Shown: positions 1 through 12,423 of the stretch, in pieces | How the letters are laid out: the number at the start of each line of letters is the position of its first letter | Position numbering within the stretch: the first letter of the stretch is position 1 | Origin: Collinsella sp. | GTDB lineage: Bacteria > Actinomycetota > Coriobacteriia > Coriobacteriales > Coriobacteriaceae | Reading direction: 5' to 3' | DNA length: 64,000 nucleotides | Assembly: GCA_018368535.1 (NCBI GenBank) | Contig: JAGZDZ010000002.1 | Location: 29,319 to 93,318, forward strand | Made by a program: the position numbers and the translations under genes | The notes under the pieces: generated by a model | What the model was told of the DNA's origin: nothing | Database searches by the model: none | Seen by the model: the letters and a program-made list of their open reading frames with translations, nothing else

Positions 1-115
1 TCAGCAGCAGACGGATGATGACCACCAGGATGATGATGGACAGGCCCCAGTCGACCGCAAAGGTCTGGATGAGCTTGAGCAGCTCGAAAAGGATGTTAAC
101 GATCCAATCCCACAT
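1..115 (-). CDS. yidC: membrane protein insertase YidC, N-terminal fragment (gene continues beyond window start)
   Basis: ATG at 115..113 preceded by GGAGG. Translation MWDWIVNILFELLKLIQTFAVDWGLSIIILVV is hydrophobic. Position after yidD is as expected. Confidence 0.6.
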   Translation of the reverse strand, partial: MWDWIVNILFELLKLIQTFAVDWGLSIIILVVIIRLLL

Positions 116-144
116 GTAAGTTTTCCTCCGATAGCGAGTGCCCG

Positions 145-369
145 CTAGGGCACAGGGTCATAACCGCCGACGTGCAGGGGATTGCAGCGAGCGATGCGCC
201 CCACGGCAAGCCAGCAGCCTCTCAAAACACCGTGCTTCTCAATCGCCTGGATGGCGTATTGCGAGCACGTTGGGTAATAAATGCAGGCGTCAGGCAATAA
301 GGGCGAAATAACCTGTTGATATATGCGAATAGGAGCGATGGCAACACGTCGCAAAACGTGATTGCTCAT
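145..369 (-). CDS. yidD: membrane protein insertion efficiency factor YidD
   Basis: 74-aa ORF with the conserved Cys-rich YidD pattern (YYPTCSQY...GRIARCNP). ATG overlaps the rnpA stop. Confidence 0.75.
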   Translation of the reverse strand: MSNHVLRRVAIAPIRIYQQVISPLLPDACIYYPTCSQYAIQAIEKHGVLRGCWLAVGRIARCNPLHVGGYDPVP

Positions 370-704
370 CGCTCCTCCCCGGCAACGCCGGCGCGCTTCA
401 TAAGCGAACGCAACGCCTTGTCCATCTCCTGCGGCGAGGAAACCCTCGTCTTGGGAGTTGCAAACAAGATGATGTCATAACCCGCAACGGGAAATCCGCA
501 GCTGCGGGCGGCCTCGCGCATCACACGCTTAGATCGGTTGCGCACGACGGCACAACCGAGTCGCTTAGCACCAACGAAGGCGACCCTTCCGGAGTCGCCT
601 TCGCCAACCGATTCACATATGGTCATTCGAATCAGAGGGTGATTGAAACGACGCCCCTGACTGAACACATGCTCGAAATCTTGCCGAGACTTAATAGTCT
701 TCAT
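366..704 (-). CDS. rnpA: RNase P protein component
   Basis: 112-aa basic protein immediately downstream of rpmH. Typical RnpA length and placement. Confidence 0.85.
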   Translation of the reverse strand: MKTIKSRQDFEHVFSQGRRFNHPLIRMTICESVGEGDSGRVAFVGAKRLGCAVVRNRSKRVMREAARSCGFPVAGYDIILFATPKTRVSSPQEMDKALRSLMKRAGVAGEER

Positions 705-724
705 GCGAGATGTGTGTATCGCTG

Positions 725-859
725 CTAGACAGTGAGACGCTTGCGGCCCTTGGCGCGACGACGGGCGAGCACGGCACGACCACCCTTAGTGGCCATACGG
801 GCACGGAAGCCATGGGTCTTGGCACGCTTACGCTTATTAGGCTGATACGTACGCTTCAT
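725..859 (-). CDS. rpmH: 50S ribosomal protein L34
   Basis: [44 protein letters not shown] is the canonical L34 sequence. ATG at 859..857. The listed ORF extends upstream artefactually. Confidence 0.9.
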   Translation of the reverse strand: MKRTYQPNKRKRAKTHGFRARMATKGGRAVLARRRAKGRKRLTV

Positions 860-1049
860 CTTAAGTTCCTCCTGCTGCATTTCGAGTGTCCGCGGGGACG
901 CGGACGCAGATATAGACACGTGAGCTTGAAGATTGTAGGGAAATCAATGTTCAAATGTCAAGAAATCAAAGGTAAAAGGTTGCGCAGTTCACACGGTTCC
1001 CCCATAAGCCAAGCTCGATTTAGCGGTGCATGGCAACTTTTCACGATAT

Positions 1050-1140
1050 TTCATCGAGTTTTCAACAGGTCATGTTGGCAATGTTGAGAACTTTTCGTCC
1101 GTTTTCCAAAGTTTTCAACAGGTTTTGAAAGTTTGTCGAA
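1050..1140. promoter_or_regulatory. cluster of DnaA-box-like repeats (TTTTCAACA, GTTTTGAAA, GTTTGTCGAAA) upstream of the dnaA operon
   Basis: TTTTCAACAGG occurs at 1059 and 1113. The same motifs recur inverted at 4285-4308 on the other side of dnaA. There are 2 mismatches to the TTATCCACA consensus. Confidence 0.35.
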
Positions 1141-1204
1141 AGATGAGAAACATTGCACGGTGAGCTACTATTTGTTCGAAACCTTTTGGAAGATTGCGAG
1201 CGGC

Positions 1205-2557
1205 ATGTCTGACGACTTTTACACCATGGTCGATTCCGGAGACCCGGCACCCGACAACGAGCACATCACCGGCGTGCGCGAAGAGCGTGACGAAGGTGAA
1301 CAGACGACAACGCAGGCGCCAAAAGCCATGTACGCCGCGCGCATCGCCGTCTATGACGACATGCTGTCGACACCGCGTGTGATCGTCATCGATCCGCAAG
1401 ATGTCCGCACGTATTTGGAAGAGACGACCAACACCGTCTACCAGTGCATGAAAGAACAAGGTGGCCATATCTCGCTCATGGTCATCCGCGAGATTGTCGA
1501 AAACTTTATCCACGCACACTTTGCAGAGCCCATCATCTCGATTCTGGACGGCGGAGACACCATCCGCTTTGCTGACCAAGGACCCGGCATCGACGACAAG
1601 GAACGCGCTTTCGACTTTGGCGTTACCAGCGCAAACAGCAAGATGAAGCGCTATATCCGTGGAACCGGAGCAGGGTTTCCCATGGTGCAGGAGTATTTGG
1701 AAAACGCCGGCGGTGCCGTATCCATCGAGGACAACATGGGCAACGGCACCGTGGTTACGGTAAGCCTGAACCCTAAACGCGTGCAGGAAATCGAGCGTGC
1801 CGGCGGACGTGGCGCTGCCGTGCGGCCCGAGACGGAACAGCCCACATATCCCCTGCCGGGAGCTTTTGCGCAGCAGCCCATGGCAACGCAGCAGATGCAG
1901 CCCCCCGTGGGACAGATGCAGCAGCCCGGAATGCTACCTGCACAAGAACCCCGGGCGGCATCGATGTCGATGCCGCCAAACACGCCAGAGACCATGCCGC
2001 TGGCGGATCAGGATGCAGCAGCAATGCAGCAGGCGACGGGGGCGCCGGGTGGCCAGCAAATGGGCTATCAGCCGTACCAACAGGGATATCCATATCAGCA
2101 GATGCCGTCACTGGGGTATGGCCAGCAGTTCCCGCAGCAGTACCAGCAGGGATATCAGCAGCCGTACCAGCAGATGCCGCAGCAGCAGTACAACCCCTGG
2201 GCCCAGCAGATGCCTCCGCAGCCTTACCAACAGTGGCCTCAAAGTTTTCAACAGCAAATGCCGCCGATGCAGAGTTCTCAACAACCAGCAGCTCAAATGA
2301 TGTATCCTAATGCAGCAAATCAGTATGCGCAGCCACAACCGGACGTGTTCGTAAGCGATCGCGGCAACGCCGCGCTGGGCTATCTGGCGCAAAATCAAGC
2401 GTGCGGTGCAACCGATCTGGCGAGGGCGTTTGGAAACTCGGCCCCCACTTGGTCACGCACGCTCAATGACTTGGCGCAGGCCGGCTTGGTCATCAAGCAT
2501 GGCCAGAAATACCATCTGACCGAACTCGGCGCCGCTCGCGTGCGAGCTCAGGGCTAA
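1205..2557 (+). CDS. unknown protein: N-terminal GHKL/HATPase_c-like ATP-binding domain, long Gln/Pro/Tyr-rich low-complexity linker, C-terminal winged HTH
   Basis: N-box-like EIVENFIHAH, G1 box DQGPGID and G2 box GTGAGF were seen directly. About 165 aa are QQ/PQ/YQ-rich. The C-terminal LARAFGNSAPTWSRTLNDLAQAGLVIKHGQKYHLTELG is wHTH-like. The ORF track starts at 1133; 1205 or 1226 ATG are also possible. The gene ends 16 nt before dnaA on the same strand. Confidence 0.6.
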   Translation: MSDDFYTMVDSGDPAPDNEHITGVREERDEGEQTTTQAPKAMYAARIAVYDDMLSTPRVIVIDPQDVRTYLEETTNTVYQCMKEQGGHISLMVIREIVENFIHAHFAEPIISILDGGDTIRFADQGPGIDDKERAFDFGVTSANSKMKRYIRGTGAGFPMVQEYLENAGGAVSIEDNMGNGTVVTVSLNPKRVQEIERAGGRGAAVRPETEQPTYPLPGAFAQQPMATQQMQPPVGQMQQPGMLPAQEPRAASMSMPPNTPETMPLADQDAAAMQQATGAPGGQQMGYQPYQQGYPYQQMPSLGYGQQFPQQYQQGYQQPYQQMPQQQYNPWAQQMPPQPYQQWPQSFQQQMPPMQSSQQPAAQMMYPNAANQYAQPQPDVFVSDRGNAALGYLAQNQACGATDLARAFGNSAPTWSRTLNDLAQAGLVIKHGQKYHLTELGAARVRAQG

Positions 2558-2572
2558 AGAACGGGAGAGACA

Positions 2573-4267
2573 GTGGACGAGGAAGCAAGCATCATCCTGG
2601 GGGATGCCATCGCCTTTTGCCAGCGCGACGGCCAAGATGCACGCCTCATCAACATGCTGGGGCAATCGCGCGCCATAAGCCTGACCGAAGATACGCTCAC
2701 GATCGAGGCCCCCTCGCGCTTTGCCATCGCGCAGCTCAAAAAGCATCAGCCAACCATTGAGGCCTATCTGGAAGAAATCGCCTTTGCACCGATTACGCTC
2801 GACATCGTGGCACCGCAAGGCGCCGCGACGGAATCCGCTGCTTCCCCGGCGGTGCCGGCCTCCGCAGGCGACGTGCCGACAATCGAGCACCAGCACAGCG
2901 ATGTTTCCCGTGAAACCATGGCACCGTTGCCGACCGCGGCAGCGACGTCAACGAACGCACCCGTCACGCACATGCCCATCGCTCACGACGCAGCGGCGGG
3001 CGCGGATTCGGGCATTGCAATCAAGAACACGCTCTCGGCCGATGATTTTCGTCGCATGATGAACCAGATGAAGGGCGGAGCGCCGACTAAATCCACGCAA
3101 GCTGCGACCCCCGCTTCACCCGTGCCAGCACCGACCGTGCCGGCCGAGCAGAATACGGATGGAGCCCCGCTCGCCGCGAACTCAAAATTTACCTTTGAGA
3201 ACTTTGTCTACGGCCCCGAGAACAGCCATGCCTATCGCTCGGCACTCAAGTTTGCCGCCCTCGCGGACGAGCGCGGCACATGCACATCACTGTTCATCTA
3301 CGGCAAATCGGGCCTGGGCAAGACCCACCTGTTGCTCGCTATCAAAAACGAGCTCGCCGAGAAGTCGCCCGAGATCAAGGTCAAGTATGCCAACTCCCAG
3401 GCATATCTGGACGACCTGATGACCGAGTTCGACCGCCAAAAGAAGAGCAACGCCCCCATCATGCAGGCGTACCACGGCGTGGACGTGCTCATCATCGATG
3501 ACATCCAAAACATCATCGGCAAGCGCGCGAGCGTGGACTACTTTTTCCAGCTCATGGACGAGTTCATCCGCAACAACAAGAAGGTCGTCATCGCGGCAGA
3601 CCGCGCCCCCAAGGACCTGAGCATGGACGAGCGCTTGACCAGCCGCTTCAACGCCGGCATGCTCTGCCTGGTCGCAGAGCCCAGCTACGAGATGAAATAC
3701 AAGATCTTGCAGCGCTATTACGAGAACACCATCGTCGCCGCTCCCGAGGCAGGCGACGACTCGCTGCTGGCAGCCTATGGGGGCGACGGCGGGCACCTGA
3801 CCGACGAGCACTTTAAACACATGGCCGAGGTCTCGGGCACCAACATTCGCGAACTCGAGAGCTTTTGCGAGCGCTGCGCCGGCGAGGCGGGCGACCGCGA
3901 GCGCGAGGGCGGGGAGCTCACCTTTGACGATATCGACGCCATTGCCAGCCAGTACTTCGACACATCGGCCAAAAAAATCAACGTCCAGACGGTTCAGTCC
4001 GTCATTGAAGAGCAGTACGGCGTGACGCACGAGGAGCTCATCGGCCCGCGACGCAACGCCAATATCGCCAAGGCACGCCACATTGCCATCTATCTGGCCA
4101 TCGAGATGTGCGAGATGACGACCACGGCGGTGGGCGCCGAATTTGGCAACCGCAACCACTCGACCGTCAGCACGAGCTACAAAAAGGTCCAGAAGATGAT
4201 CCAGGAAGACCGCGCCGTCACCGAAGACCTCAAGTCGCTGCGCGATAAAATTACACTGCGCTCGTAG
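2573..4267 (+). CDS. dnaA: chromosomal replication initiator protein DnaA
   Basis: GTG start after GGGAGAG. AAA+ Walker A GKSGLGKTHLL, Walker B LIIDDIQ, and the C-terminal DNA-binding domain (HIAIYLAIEM...STVSTSYKKV) are present. Confidence 0.95.
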   Translation: MDEEASIILGDAIAFCQRDGQDARLINMLGQSRAISLTEDTLTIEAPSRFAIAQLKKHQPTIEAYLEEIAFAPITLDIVAPQGAATESAASPAVPASAGDVPTIEHQHSDVSRETMAPLPTAAATSTNAPVTHMPIAHDAAAGADSGIAIKNTLSADDFRRMMNQMKGGAPTKSTQAATPASPVPAPTVPAEQNTDGAPLAANSKFTFENFVYGPENSHAYRSALKFAALADERGTCTSLFIYGKSGLGKTHLLLAIKNELAEKSPEIKVKYANSQAYLDDLMTEFDRQKKSNAPIMQAYHGVDVLIIDDIQNIIGKRASVDYFFQLMDEFIRNNKKVVIAADRAPKDLSMDERLTSRFNAGMLCLVAEPSYEMKYKILQRYYENTIVAAPEAGDDSLLAAYGGDGGHLTDEHFKHMAEVSGTNIRELESFCERCAGEAGDREREGGELTFDDIDAIASQYFDTSAKKINVQTVQSVIEEQYGVTHEELIGPRRNANIAKARHIAIYLAIEMCEMTTTAVGAEFGNRNHSTVSTSYKKVQKMIQEDRAVTEDLKSLRDKITLRS

Positions 4268-4505
4268 GGAAATAGAGACACCTGTTGAAAACTTGTCGAA
4301 ACCACGGGCATAAGGTGTCTAAAACCCAAACCGCGGTGATGAAAAGTTTTGCGCAGGTTTTGAACGTGGAAAACCACCCCTGTTGCACACAGGTTGCTGT
4401 CGATTCTCTTTCTGGGTCTGACCTGCGTCTTTGGGAGTAATCAACAGTTTCGTCAGTGCTATTACTATTATAAAGATATTTATATCTATAGAAAGGTATT
4501 AAAAG
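4268..4505. promoter_or_regulatory. candidate oriC: DnaA-box-like repeats (4285-4400) plus AT-rich unwinding element (4440-4503) between dnaA and dnaN
   Basis: The segment 4446-4503 (tattactattataaagatatttatatctatagaaaggtattaaaag) is strongly AT-rich in a ~60% GC genome. Inverted copies of the 1059/1113 motif lie at 4286-4308. Confidence 0.5.
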
Positions 4506-5609
4506 ATGAAGTTCACCGTCAGCCAGAGCTCGCTCACACAAGCCATCGGCGTCGTTATGAAGGGTGTCGCTTCGGCATCCACCCTTCCCATCCTGTCGGG
4601 CGTGCTCGTCAAGGCGCAAGACGGCATCTTGGAATTCCAGACCTCTAACTACACCATCTCGATCCGTCATCGCATCGCGGCGCATGTCGAAGAAGAGGGC
4701 GAGATGGTTATCCCCTGTAAGATGCTCTCCAATATCACCAAGACCCTCCCCGATGCCCCGGTCACCTTTGAGCTGTCCGAGCGCCAGGTGCTGATTGGTT
4801 GCGAGAAGAGCTCGTTCCGCCTGAACACGCTCGATGCCAATGACTTCCCCGAGTTTCCGGCCTATGCCATCGAGAGCGCCGTGGAGCTGCCGACCGATAT
4901 CTTGTCCGAGATGGTCAGCCGCGTGTGGCGCGTCACCTCAACCGACAAGGCCCGCCCCATCCTGGGTGGCGTGCACATGAAGGTCGAGAACAACACCGTG
5001 CGCCTGGTGGCGACCGATTCCTTCCGCCTGGCCGTGTGCGATACGCAGGTCGAGACCTCGACCCTCGAGGGCTCCTTTGAACTCAACGTTCCGGCCGACG
5101 CCTTTAACGACGCACTGAACATCATGGCCAGCCAGGCGACCATCATGATCGGGGCTACCGACACCCAGGTTGTCTTTGAGGCCGGCAACACCACCTACGT
5201 GTCGCGCCGCATCGAGGGCGTGTACCCCAACTACAAGCAGCTCATCCCCGATTCGTGCGTGACGAGCGTCAAGATCGACGTCGCCGCCTTTAACGCCGCC
5301 CTCAAACGCGTGGCCGTTATCGCGAGCGCCAACCCCGCCGTCAAGTTCGAGATCGATGTCGAGAACGGGCAGATGGGCCTGTCCTCCATTTCCAATGACC
5401 AGGACCTTGCGCAGGAGACGATCGATGTCGAGGCCGAGGGCGAGTCGGGTACCATCGCCTTCAACTACCACTACATCTTCGGCTGCCTCAATGCCCTGTC
5501 CAAAGAGAAGGAGATCACGCTGGAGCTCAAGAGCTACTCGCAGGCGGGCATCTTCAAGTCCTACGACAAGATCAACTACCTGTACCTAGTCATGCCAGTC
5601 CGCATCTAG
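4506..5609 (+). CDS. dnaN: DNA polymerase III beta sliding clamp
   Basis: 367 aa, MKFTVSQSSLTQAIGVV..., three-domain clamp length, located after dnaA. Confidence 0.95.
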   Translation: MKFTVSQSSLTQAIGVVMKGVASASTLPILSGVLVKAQDGILEFQTSNYTISIRHRIAAHVEEEGEMVIPCKMLSNITKTLPDAPVTFELSERQVLIGCEKSSFRLNTLDANDFPEFPAYAIESAVELPTDILSEMVSRVWRVTSTDKARPILGGVHMKVENNTVRLVATDSFRLAVCDTQVETSTLEGSFELNVPADAFNDALNIMASQATIMIGATDTQVVFEAGNTTYVSRRIEGVYPNYKQLIPDSCVTSVKIDVAAFNAALKRVAVIASANPAVKFEIDVENGQMGLSSISNDQDLAQETIDVEAEGESGTIAFNYHYIFGCLNALSKEKEITLELKSYSQAGIFKSYDKINYLYLVMPVRI

Positions 5610-5618
5610 CGCTGCGCC

Positions 5619-6725
5619 ATGACCATGTTCGCCCGCGATCTTTCCGTCGCGCACTACCGCAGTTTCGATAGCTATCGCCTTGCCCTGGACGAGGGCGTGA
5701 CGATACTTGCGGGACCCAACGCGGCGGGAAAGACCAATCTCATAGAGGCGCTGCAGCTGCTGACGAGCGGCGCCTCGTTTAGGCATCCGACCGCAGCCGA
5801 GCTCGTCCATGACGGCGTGGGCTCGTGCAAGGTCGAGCTGAGGCTCGAGGGCGACGGCCGCGTGCTTGATATGGGATTGAACGCGGAGGACGGTAAGCGC
5901 TCGTTTAGCCGCAACGGCAAGAGGTGCTCTGCCGCCGGTGTGCGCGGGGCTCTGCCGAGCGTGCTGTTTTGCCCCGACCATCTGGACATGGTTAAGCGAG
6001 GCGCCAGTGTGCGCCGCGCCGCCCTCGATGACTTTGGCATGCAACTGAGCGCACGCTATGCCGATCTTGCGAGCACCTATGGGCGCTGCGTGACCCAGCG
6101 TAACGCCTTGCTCAAGGAGACCTGGTGCTGCCGCGAGATGCTCGGCGCGTGGAACGATTCGATTGCCCGCGCGGGCTCGGCCCTGCTTGTGCACCGGTTG
6201 GCTCTGCTCGACCGGCTGGCGGGCCATGTGCACACTGCCTACGGGCAAGTGGCATCCGGTGAGGCTGCCAACGTGACCTATACGTCCACGCTGGGGGATT
6301 TGCCCCAGGTCGATGATCGCGAAGAGCTGAAGGGCTGGGCGTACGAGCGCATGCTGGCTGCCCTTGATGAGCACGCCGACGAGGAAATTCGCCGCGGCGT
6401 GACGTTGGTGGGACCGCATCGCGATGAGATTGAGTTTACCGTGGCGGGTCGCTCCGCCCGTTCATTTGCCAGCCAAGGTCAGCAGCGAACGTTGGTTCTG
6501 GCCTGGAAGGTGGCGGAGGTGGCCGTGGCTCGCGATGTCCTGGGCACCGCCCCATTGCTGCTTTTGGACGACGTGATGAGCGAACTCGACGGCGAACGCC
6601 GCGGTGCTTTCCTGCGGCTGATCGGCGATGATATCCAGACGGTCATAACCACGACCAACCTGGGGTACTTTACCGATGATCTGCTTGATCGAGCCAAGGT
6701 GGTGAGCATGGGTGAGACGTGCTAA
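5619..6725 (+). CDS. recF: DNA replication and repair protein RecF
   Basis: Walker A GPNAAGKTNLIEAL, SMC-like signature and C-terminal LLLDDVMSELD. Confidence 0.9.
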   Translation: MTMFARDLSVAHYRSFDSYRLALDEGVTILAGPNAAGKTNLIEALQLLTSGASFRHPTAAELVHDGVGSCKVELRLEGDGRVLDMGLNAEDGKRSFSRNGKRCSAAGVRGALPSVLFCPDHLDMVKRGASVRRAALDDFGMQLSARYADLASTYGRCVTQRNALLKETWCCREMLGAWNDSIARAGSALLVHRLALLDRLAGHVHTAYGQVASGEAANVTYTSTLGDLPQVDDREELKGWAYERMLAALDEHADEEIRRGVTLVGPHRDEIEFTVAGRSARSFASQGQQRTLVLAWKVAEVAVARDVLGTAPLLLLDDVMSELDGERRGAFLRLIGDDIQTVITTTNLGYFTDDLLDRAKVVSMGETC

Positions 6726-7275
6726 TTACGAGCGCGAGAGCGAAACGGTCGCCTTCAGTGGGTTTTTGAACGCAGAGCGCCAGCGCATCCTGGCCGCCGC
6801 GACACCTGAGCGCCGCGCGCAGATGGAGGCTGCGGAGGAATCTCGTGCGGTCTATCACGCCTGGAATGCAGTGTGCTCGGGCACGCGCGAGGGACGCCAT
6901 GTGACCGGCCTGCGCTACCTGCCCGAGTCCAACGAACTGCTGGTGTACCTCGATTCGCCCTCATGGACGCAGGAGATGACGCTTTTGCGCGAGATTATCC
7001 GCGCGCGCATGGAGCGCGCCGGCGCGCACGTCGACGGCCTGGTGTTCAAGACGACTGCCCCCGGCCACACACCGCCCGCTGCAAAAGAGCGCCTGCGTCC
7101 GGCCGTGGCCGAGCGTCCGCCGGCTCCGCATGCCGACCTAAGCGATGCCGAGCGTGCCGAGATCGAGCACCAAGTGGCGCCCATCGAGGACCAAAAACTG
7201 CGCGAGGCCCTCGAGAACGCCATGAGAGCCAGTGCCGAGTGGGCCAAGGGCGCGCAGGGCAAAAAAGAGCCTTAA
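6712..7275 (+). CDS. DUF721/DciA-like protein (Rv0004-position gene between recF and gyrB)
   Basis: Conserved position in Actinobacteria. LVYLDSPSWTQEM segment is typical of DUF721. Overlaps the recF stop. Confidence 0.6.
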   Translation: MRRANYERESETVAFSGFLNAERQRILAAATPERRAQMEAAEESRAVYHAWNAVCSGTREGRHVTGLRYLPESNELLVYLDSPSWTQEMTLLREIIRARMERAGAHVDGLVFKTTAPGHTPPAAKERLRPAVAERPPAPHADLSDAERAEIEHQVAPIEDQKLREALENAMRASAEWAKGAQGKKEP

Positions 7276-7302
7276 ATCGCATCTGGTGGCCTTGTAGAGC
7301 CA

Positions 7303-7332
7303 AATACCCTCGTCCCCGAGGGTATTTTTTTA
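7303..7332 (+). terminator. rho-independent terminator
   Basis: ATACCCTCG-tccc-CGAGGGTAT followed by TTTTTTT. Confidence 0.6.
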
Positions 7333-7338
7333 CGATAA

Positions 7339-9411
<2,073 letters not shown>

Positions 9412-9422
9412 GAGGAGGTAAC

Positions 9423-12164
9423 GTGGCAGACGATATCAACAATAACGAGGGTATGGACGAGGCCGGCGACGCCGGTATGCCCGATGATCTGAAGCGCCTG
9501 CTTGCCCGTGCTGAGCAGGGCGAGGACGGCGACCCGGACGCCTATAACCCCGATGCCGATGATGATGAGGAAGAGGACGACGACGCCGAGCTCGAGGAGA
9601 GCTTTGGCGAAGTCGACCGTGGTGCCTCGGCCGGTGAGGATATCAACGGCGGCCAGCTCCAGATTTCGGAGTTTGGCCGCGAGATGAAGCAGTCGTTCAT
9701 CGAGTATTCGATGTCGGTCATTACGGCCCGCGCCCTGCCGGACGTGCGCGACGGCTTAAAGCCGGTGCACCGCCGCATCCTGTACGCAATGAACGAGAGC
9801 GGCATCTACCCCAACCGCCCACACAAGAAGTCGGCCTGGACGGTCGGCGAAGTTATCGGTAAGTACCACCCGCATGGCGACTTCGCGGTCTATGAGGCCA
9901 TGGTTCGCCTGGCGCAGTGGTTCTCCATGCGCACGCCGCTCATCGACGGTCACGGCAACTTCGGCAACATCGACGGCGACGGCGCGGCAGCCATGCGTTA
10001 CACCGAGAGCCGCCTGGCAAAGCCCGCCATGGAGCTGCTGCGTGACCTGCAGAAGGATACCGTCGACTGGCAGCCCAACTACGACGAATCGCTCGCCGAG
10101 CCTCAGGCGCTGCCTGCGCGCTTCCCCAACCTGCTGGTCAACGGCAGCCAGGGCATCGCCGTCGGCATGGCCACCAATATCGCCCCGCACAACCTCACCG
10201 AGGCGATCGAGGCAACCTGCTACCTGATCGATAATCCCGACGCCACTGTCGACGAGCTCATGCAGATCATGCCCGGTCCGGACTTCCCCACCGGCGCCAT
10301 CATCATGGGCAGTGCCGGTATTAAGCAGAGCTACGAGACCGGCCGCGGCTCCATTACCGTGCGCGCCAAGGCCCACGTGGAGTCCACCAAGACCGGCCGC
10401 AGCCGCCTGGTCTTTACCGAGATTCCCTACATGGTCAACAAGGGCACCCTGCAGGAGAAGATCGCCCAGCTCGTCAACGACAAGCGCATCGAGGGCATCT
10501 CGGATATGCGCGATGAGTCCAACCAGAAGGGTATCCGTCTGGTCATCGAACTCAAGAAGGGCGTCATCCCGCAGGTCGTGCTCAACAACCTGTACAAGTA
10601 CACCTCGCTGCAGACGACCTTTGGCGCCAACAACCTGGCGCTTGTCAACGGCGTTCCCAAATGCCTGAGCCTGCGCGAGATGCTGCAGCACTACATCGAC
10701 CACCAGGTCGACGTCGTCACCCGCCGCACCCGCTTCGACCTTAAAAAGGCCCAGGCCCGCGCGCATATCCTTGAGGGCTACTTGATGGCCCTCGACCATA
10801 TCGACGAGGTCATTAGCATCATCCGCTCCTCGCAGACCGACTCCGAGGCCAGCAGCCGCTTGATTGAGCGCTTTGGCTTTACGCCCGAGCAGACCACGGC
10901 CATCCTCGAGATGAAGCTGCGCCGCCTGACCGGCCTGGAGCGCGACAAGATCCAAGAAGAGTTGGACGGCCTGCGCCGCGCCATCGCCTACTACGAGGAC
11001 CTGCTGGCGCATGAGGAGAAGATCCTGGGCGTCATCAAGGAAGAGATGCGCGAGATCTCCAAGAAGTTTGGCGACAAGCGCCGCACCGAGATCAGCCAGG
11101 TTGAAAAGGACCTGGATGTCGAGGACCTCATCGCCGACGAGGATATGGTCGTGACCATCACCCACACCGGCTACGTTAAACGTATCCCGGTGGCTGCCTA
11201 CCGTGCCCAGAAGCGCGGTGGCAAGGGCGTGTCGGGCGTCAACCTCAAAGAGGACGATGTTATTGACGAGATGTTCATTGCGTCCACGCACGAGTACGTG
11301 CTGTTCTTCTCGAGTAAGGGCAAGGTCTATCGCCTGAAGGTGCACGAGCTGCCGGTGGGTACGCGCCAGGCGCGCGGTACCGCGATCGTCAACCTGCTCC
11401 CCTTCGAGGAGGGCGAGAAGATCGCGAGCGTCATCAGCTGCCGCGAGTTCCCGGCCGACGAGTACCTGATGTTTGCCACCAAGAGCGGCATGGTCAAGAA
11501 GACCGTGATGAGCGCGTATGACCGCAGCCGCCGTGATGGCCTGATCGCTATCAACCTGCGTGACGACGACGCGCTGCTGAACGTGCGCCGCGTGCGCGAG
11601 GGCGACAAGATTATCCTAGCCACCACCGCGGGCAAGGCGATCATGTTCTCCGAGGAGCAGGTGCGCGCTACCGGCCGCGACACCAGCGGCGTTCGCGGTA
11701 TCGGCATGAAGGACGGCGTGAGCGTTCTGGGCATGGAAGTCACTAACGGCAACGGCGATCTATTCGTCATCACCGAGCGCGGCTACGGCAAGCGCACACC
11801 GGTTGCGGATTACCCGGAGCAGAATCGCGGCGGCCAGGGCGTCTACACCATCCAAATGACCGAGCGTAAGGGTAACCTCGCGGCCATGAAGACGGTGGGC
11901 CCGCAGCACGAGCTGTTCATCGTGACGGAGGGCGCGACGGTCATTCGCGTCAAGACCGACGAGATCAGCCAGACCGGCCGCGCCACCCAGGGCGTCAAGA
12001 TGATGACCGTCGACGACAACGACCGCATCTGCGCCGTAGCCCGCATGACGGCCGCCAAGGAGAAGCCCGAAGGCGAAGCTACAGAAGACGGCTCTGCCCC
12101 CGAAGAAACCCCTGTCGATCTGGGCGACGGCAACGACATGCCAGAAGATCTCCTCGACGAGTAA
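9423..12164 (+). CDS. gyrA: DNA gyrase subunit A
   Basis: GTG start after GAGGAGG. Active-site region [10 protein letters not shown] and the C-terminal beta-pinwheel repeats are present. Confidence 0.95.
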   Translation: MADDINNNEGMDEAGDAGMPDDLKRLLARAEQGEDGDPDAYNPDADDDEEEDDDAELEESFGEVDRGASAGEDINGGQLQISEFGREMKQSFIEYSMSVITARALPDVRDGLKPVHRRILYAMNESGIYPNRPHKKSAWTVGEVIGKYHPHGDFAVYEAMVRLAQWFSMRTPLIDGHGNFGNIDGDGAAAMRYTESRLAKPAMELLRDLQKDTVDWQPNYDESLAEPQALPARFPNLLVNGSQGIAVGMATNIAPHNLTEAIEATCYLIDNPDATVDELMQIMPGPDFPTGAIIMGSAGIKQSYETGRGSITVRAKAHVESTKTGRSRLVFTEIPYMVNKGTLQEKIAQLVNDKRIEGISDMRDESNQKGIRLVIELKKGVIPQVVLNNLYKYTSLQTTFGANNLALVNGVPKCLSLREMLQHYIDHQVDVVTRRTRFDLKKAQARAHILEGYLMALDHIDEVISIIRSSQTDSEASSRLIERFGFTPEQTTAILEMKLRRLTGLERDKIQEELDGLRRAIAYYEDLLAHEEKILGVIKEEMREISKKFGDKRRTEISQVEKDLDVEDLIADEDMVVTITHTGYVKRIPVAAYRAQKRGGKGVSGVNLKEDDVIDEMFIASTHEYVLFFSSKGKVYRLKVHELPVGTRQARGTAIVNLLPFEEGEKIASVISCREFPADEYLMFATKSGMVKKTVMSAYDRSRRDGLIAINLRDDDALLNVRRVREGDKIILATTAGKAIMFSEEQVRATGRDTSGVRGIGMKDGVSVLGMEVTNGNGDLFVITERGYGKRTPVADYPEQNRGGQGVYTIQMTERKGNLAAMKTVGPQHELFIVTEGATVIRVKTDEISQTGRATQGVKMMTVDDNDRICAVARMTAAKEKPEGEATEDGSAPEETPVDLGDGNDMPEDLLDE

Positions 12165-12202
12165 GAGGCCCTAGCTGGTAGAAAATATCAGACCCCATAT
12201 AT

Positions 12203-12238
12203 CGGCGGTCGGCGCACTGCGCGCCGACCGCTTTTTTG
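12203..12238 (+). terminator. rho-independent terminator after gyrA
   Basis: CGGTCGGCGC-actgc-GCGCCGACCG followed by CTTTTTTG. Confidence 0.65.
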
Positions 12239-12255
12239 AAAACCTTCGGGACCCG

Positions 12256-12394
12256 CGTTCGCCCCGGCCGCACGGCGGCATATGAAGTCGATCGCGAGTT
12301 CCGCACGAGCCGGAGAGCACTTAATGTGCTCTCCGTGCGAGTCAGGACTGTCCGAGCAGGCGACTTCACATGCCGCCGTGCGGCCGGGGCGAAC
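12256..12394. repeat. about 140-nt near-perfect long hairpin: 34-bp outer arms (1 mismatch) enclosing an inner 10-bp stem GGAGAGCAC-ttaat-GTGCTCTCC
   Basis: 12256-12291 pairs with 12361-12394. Inner palindrome at 12311-12337. Confidence 0.5.
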
Positions 12395-12423
12395 ACCCCC
12401 TCAAAGATTTTCAAAAAAGTTGT

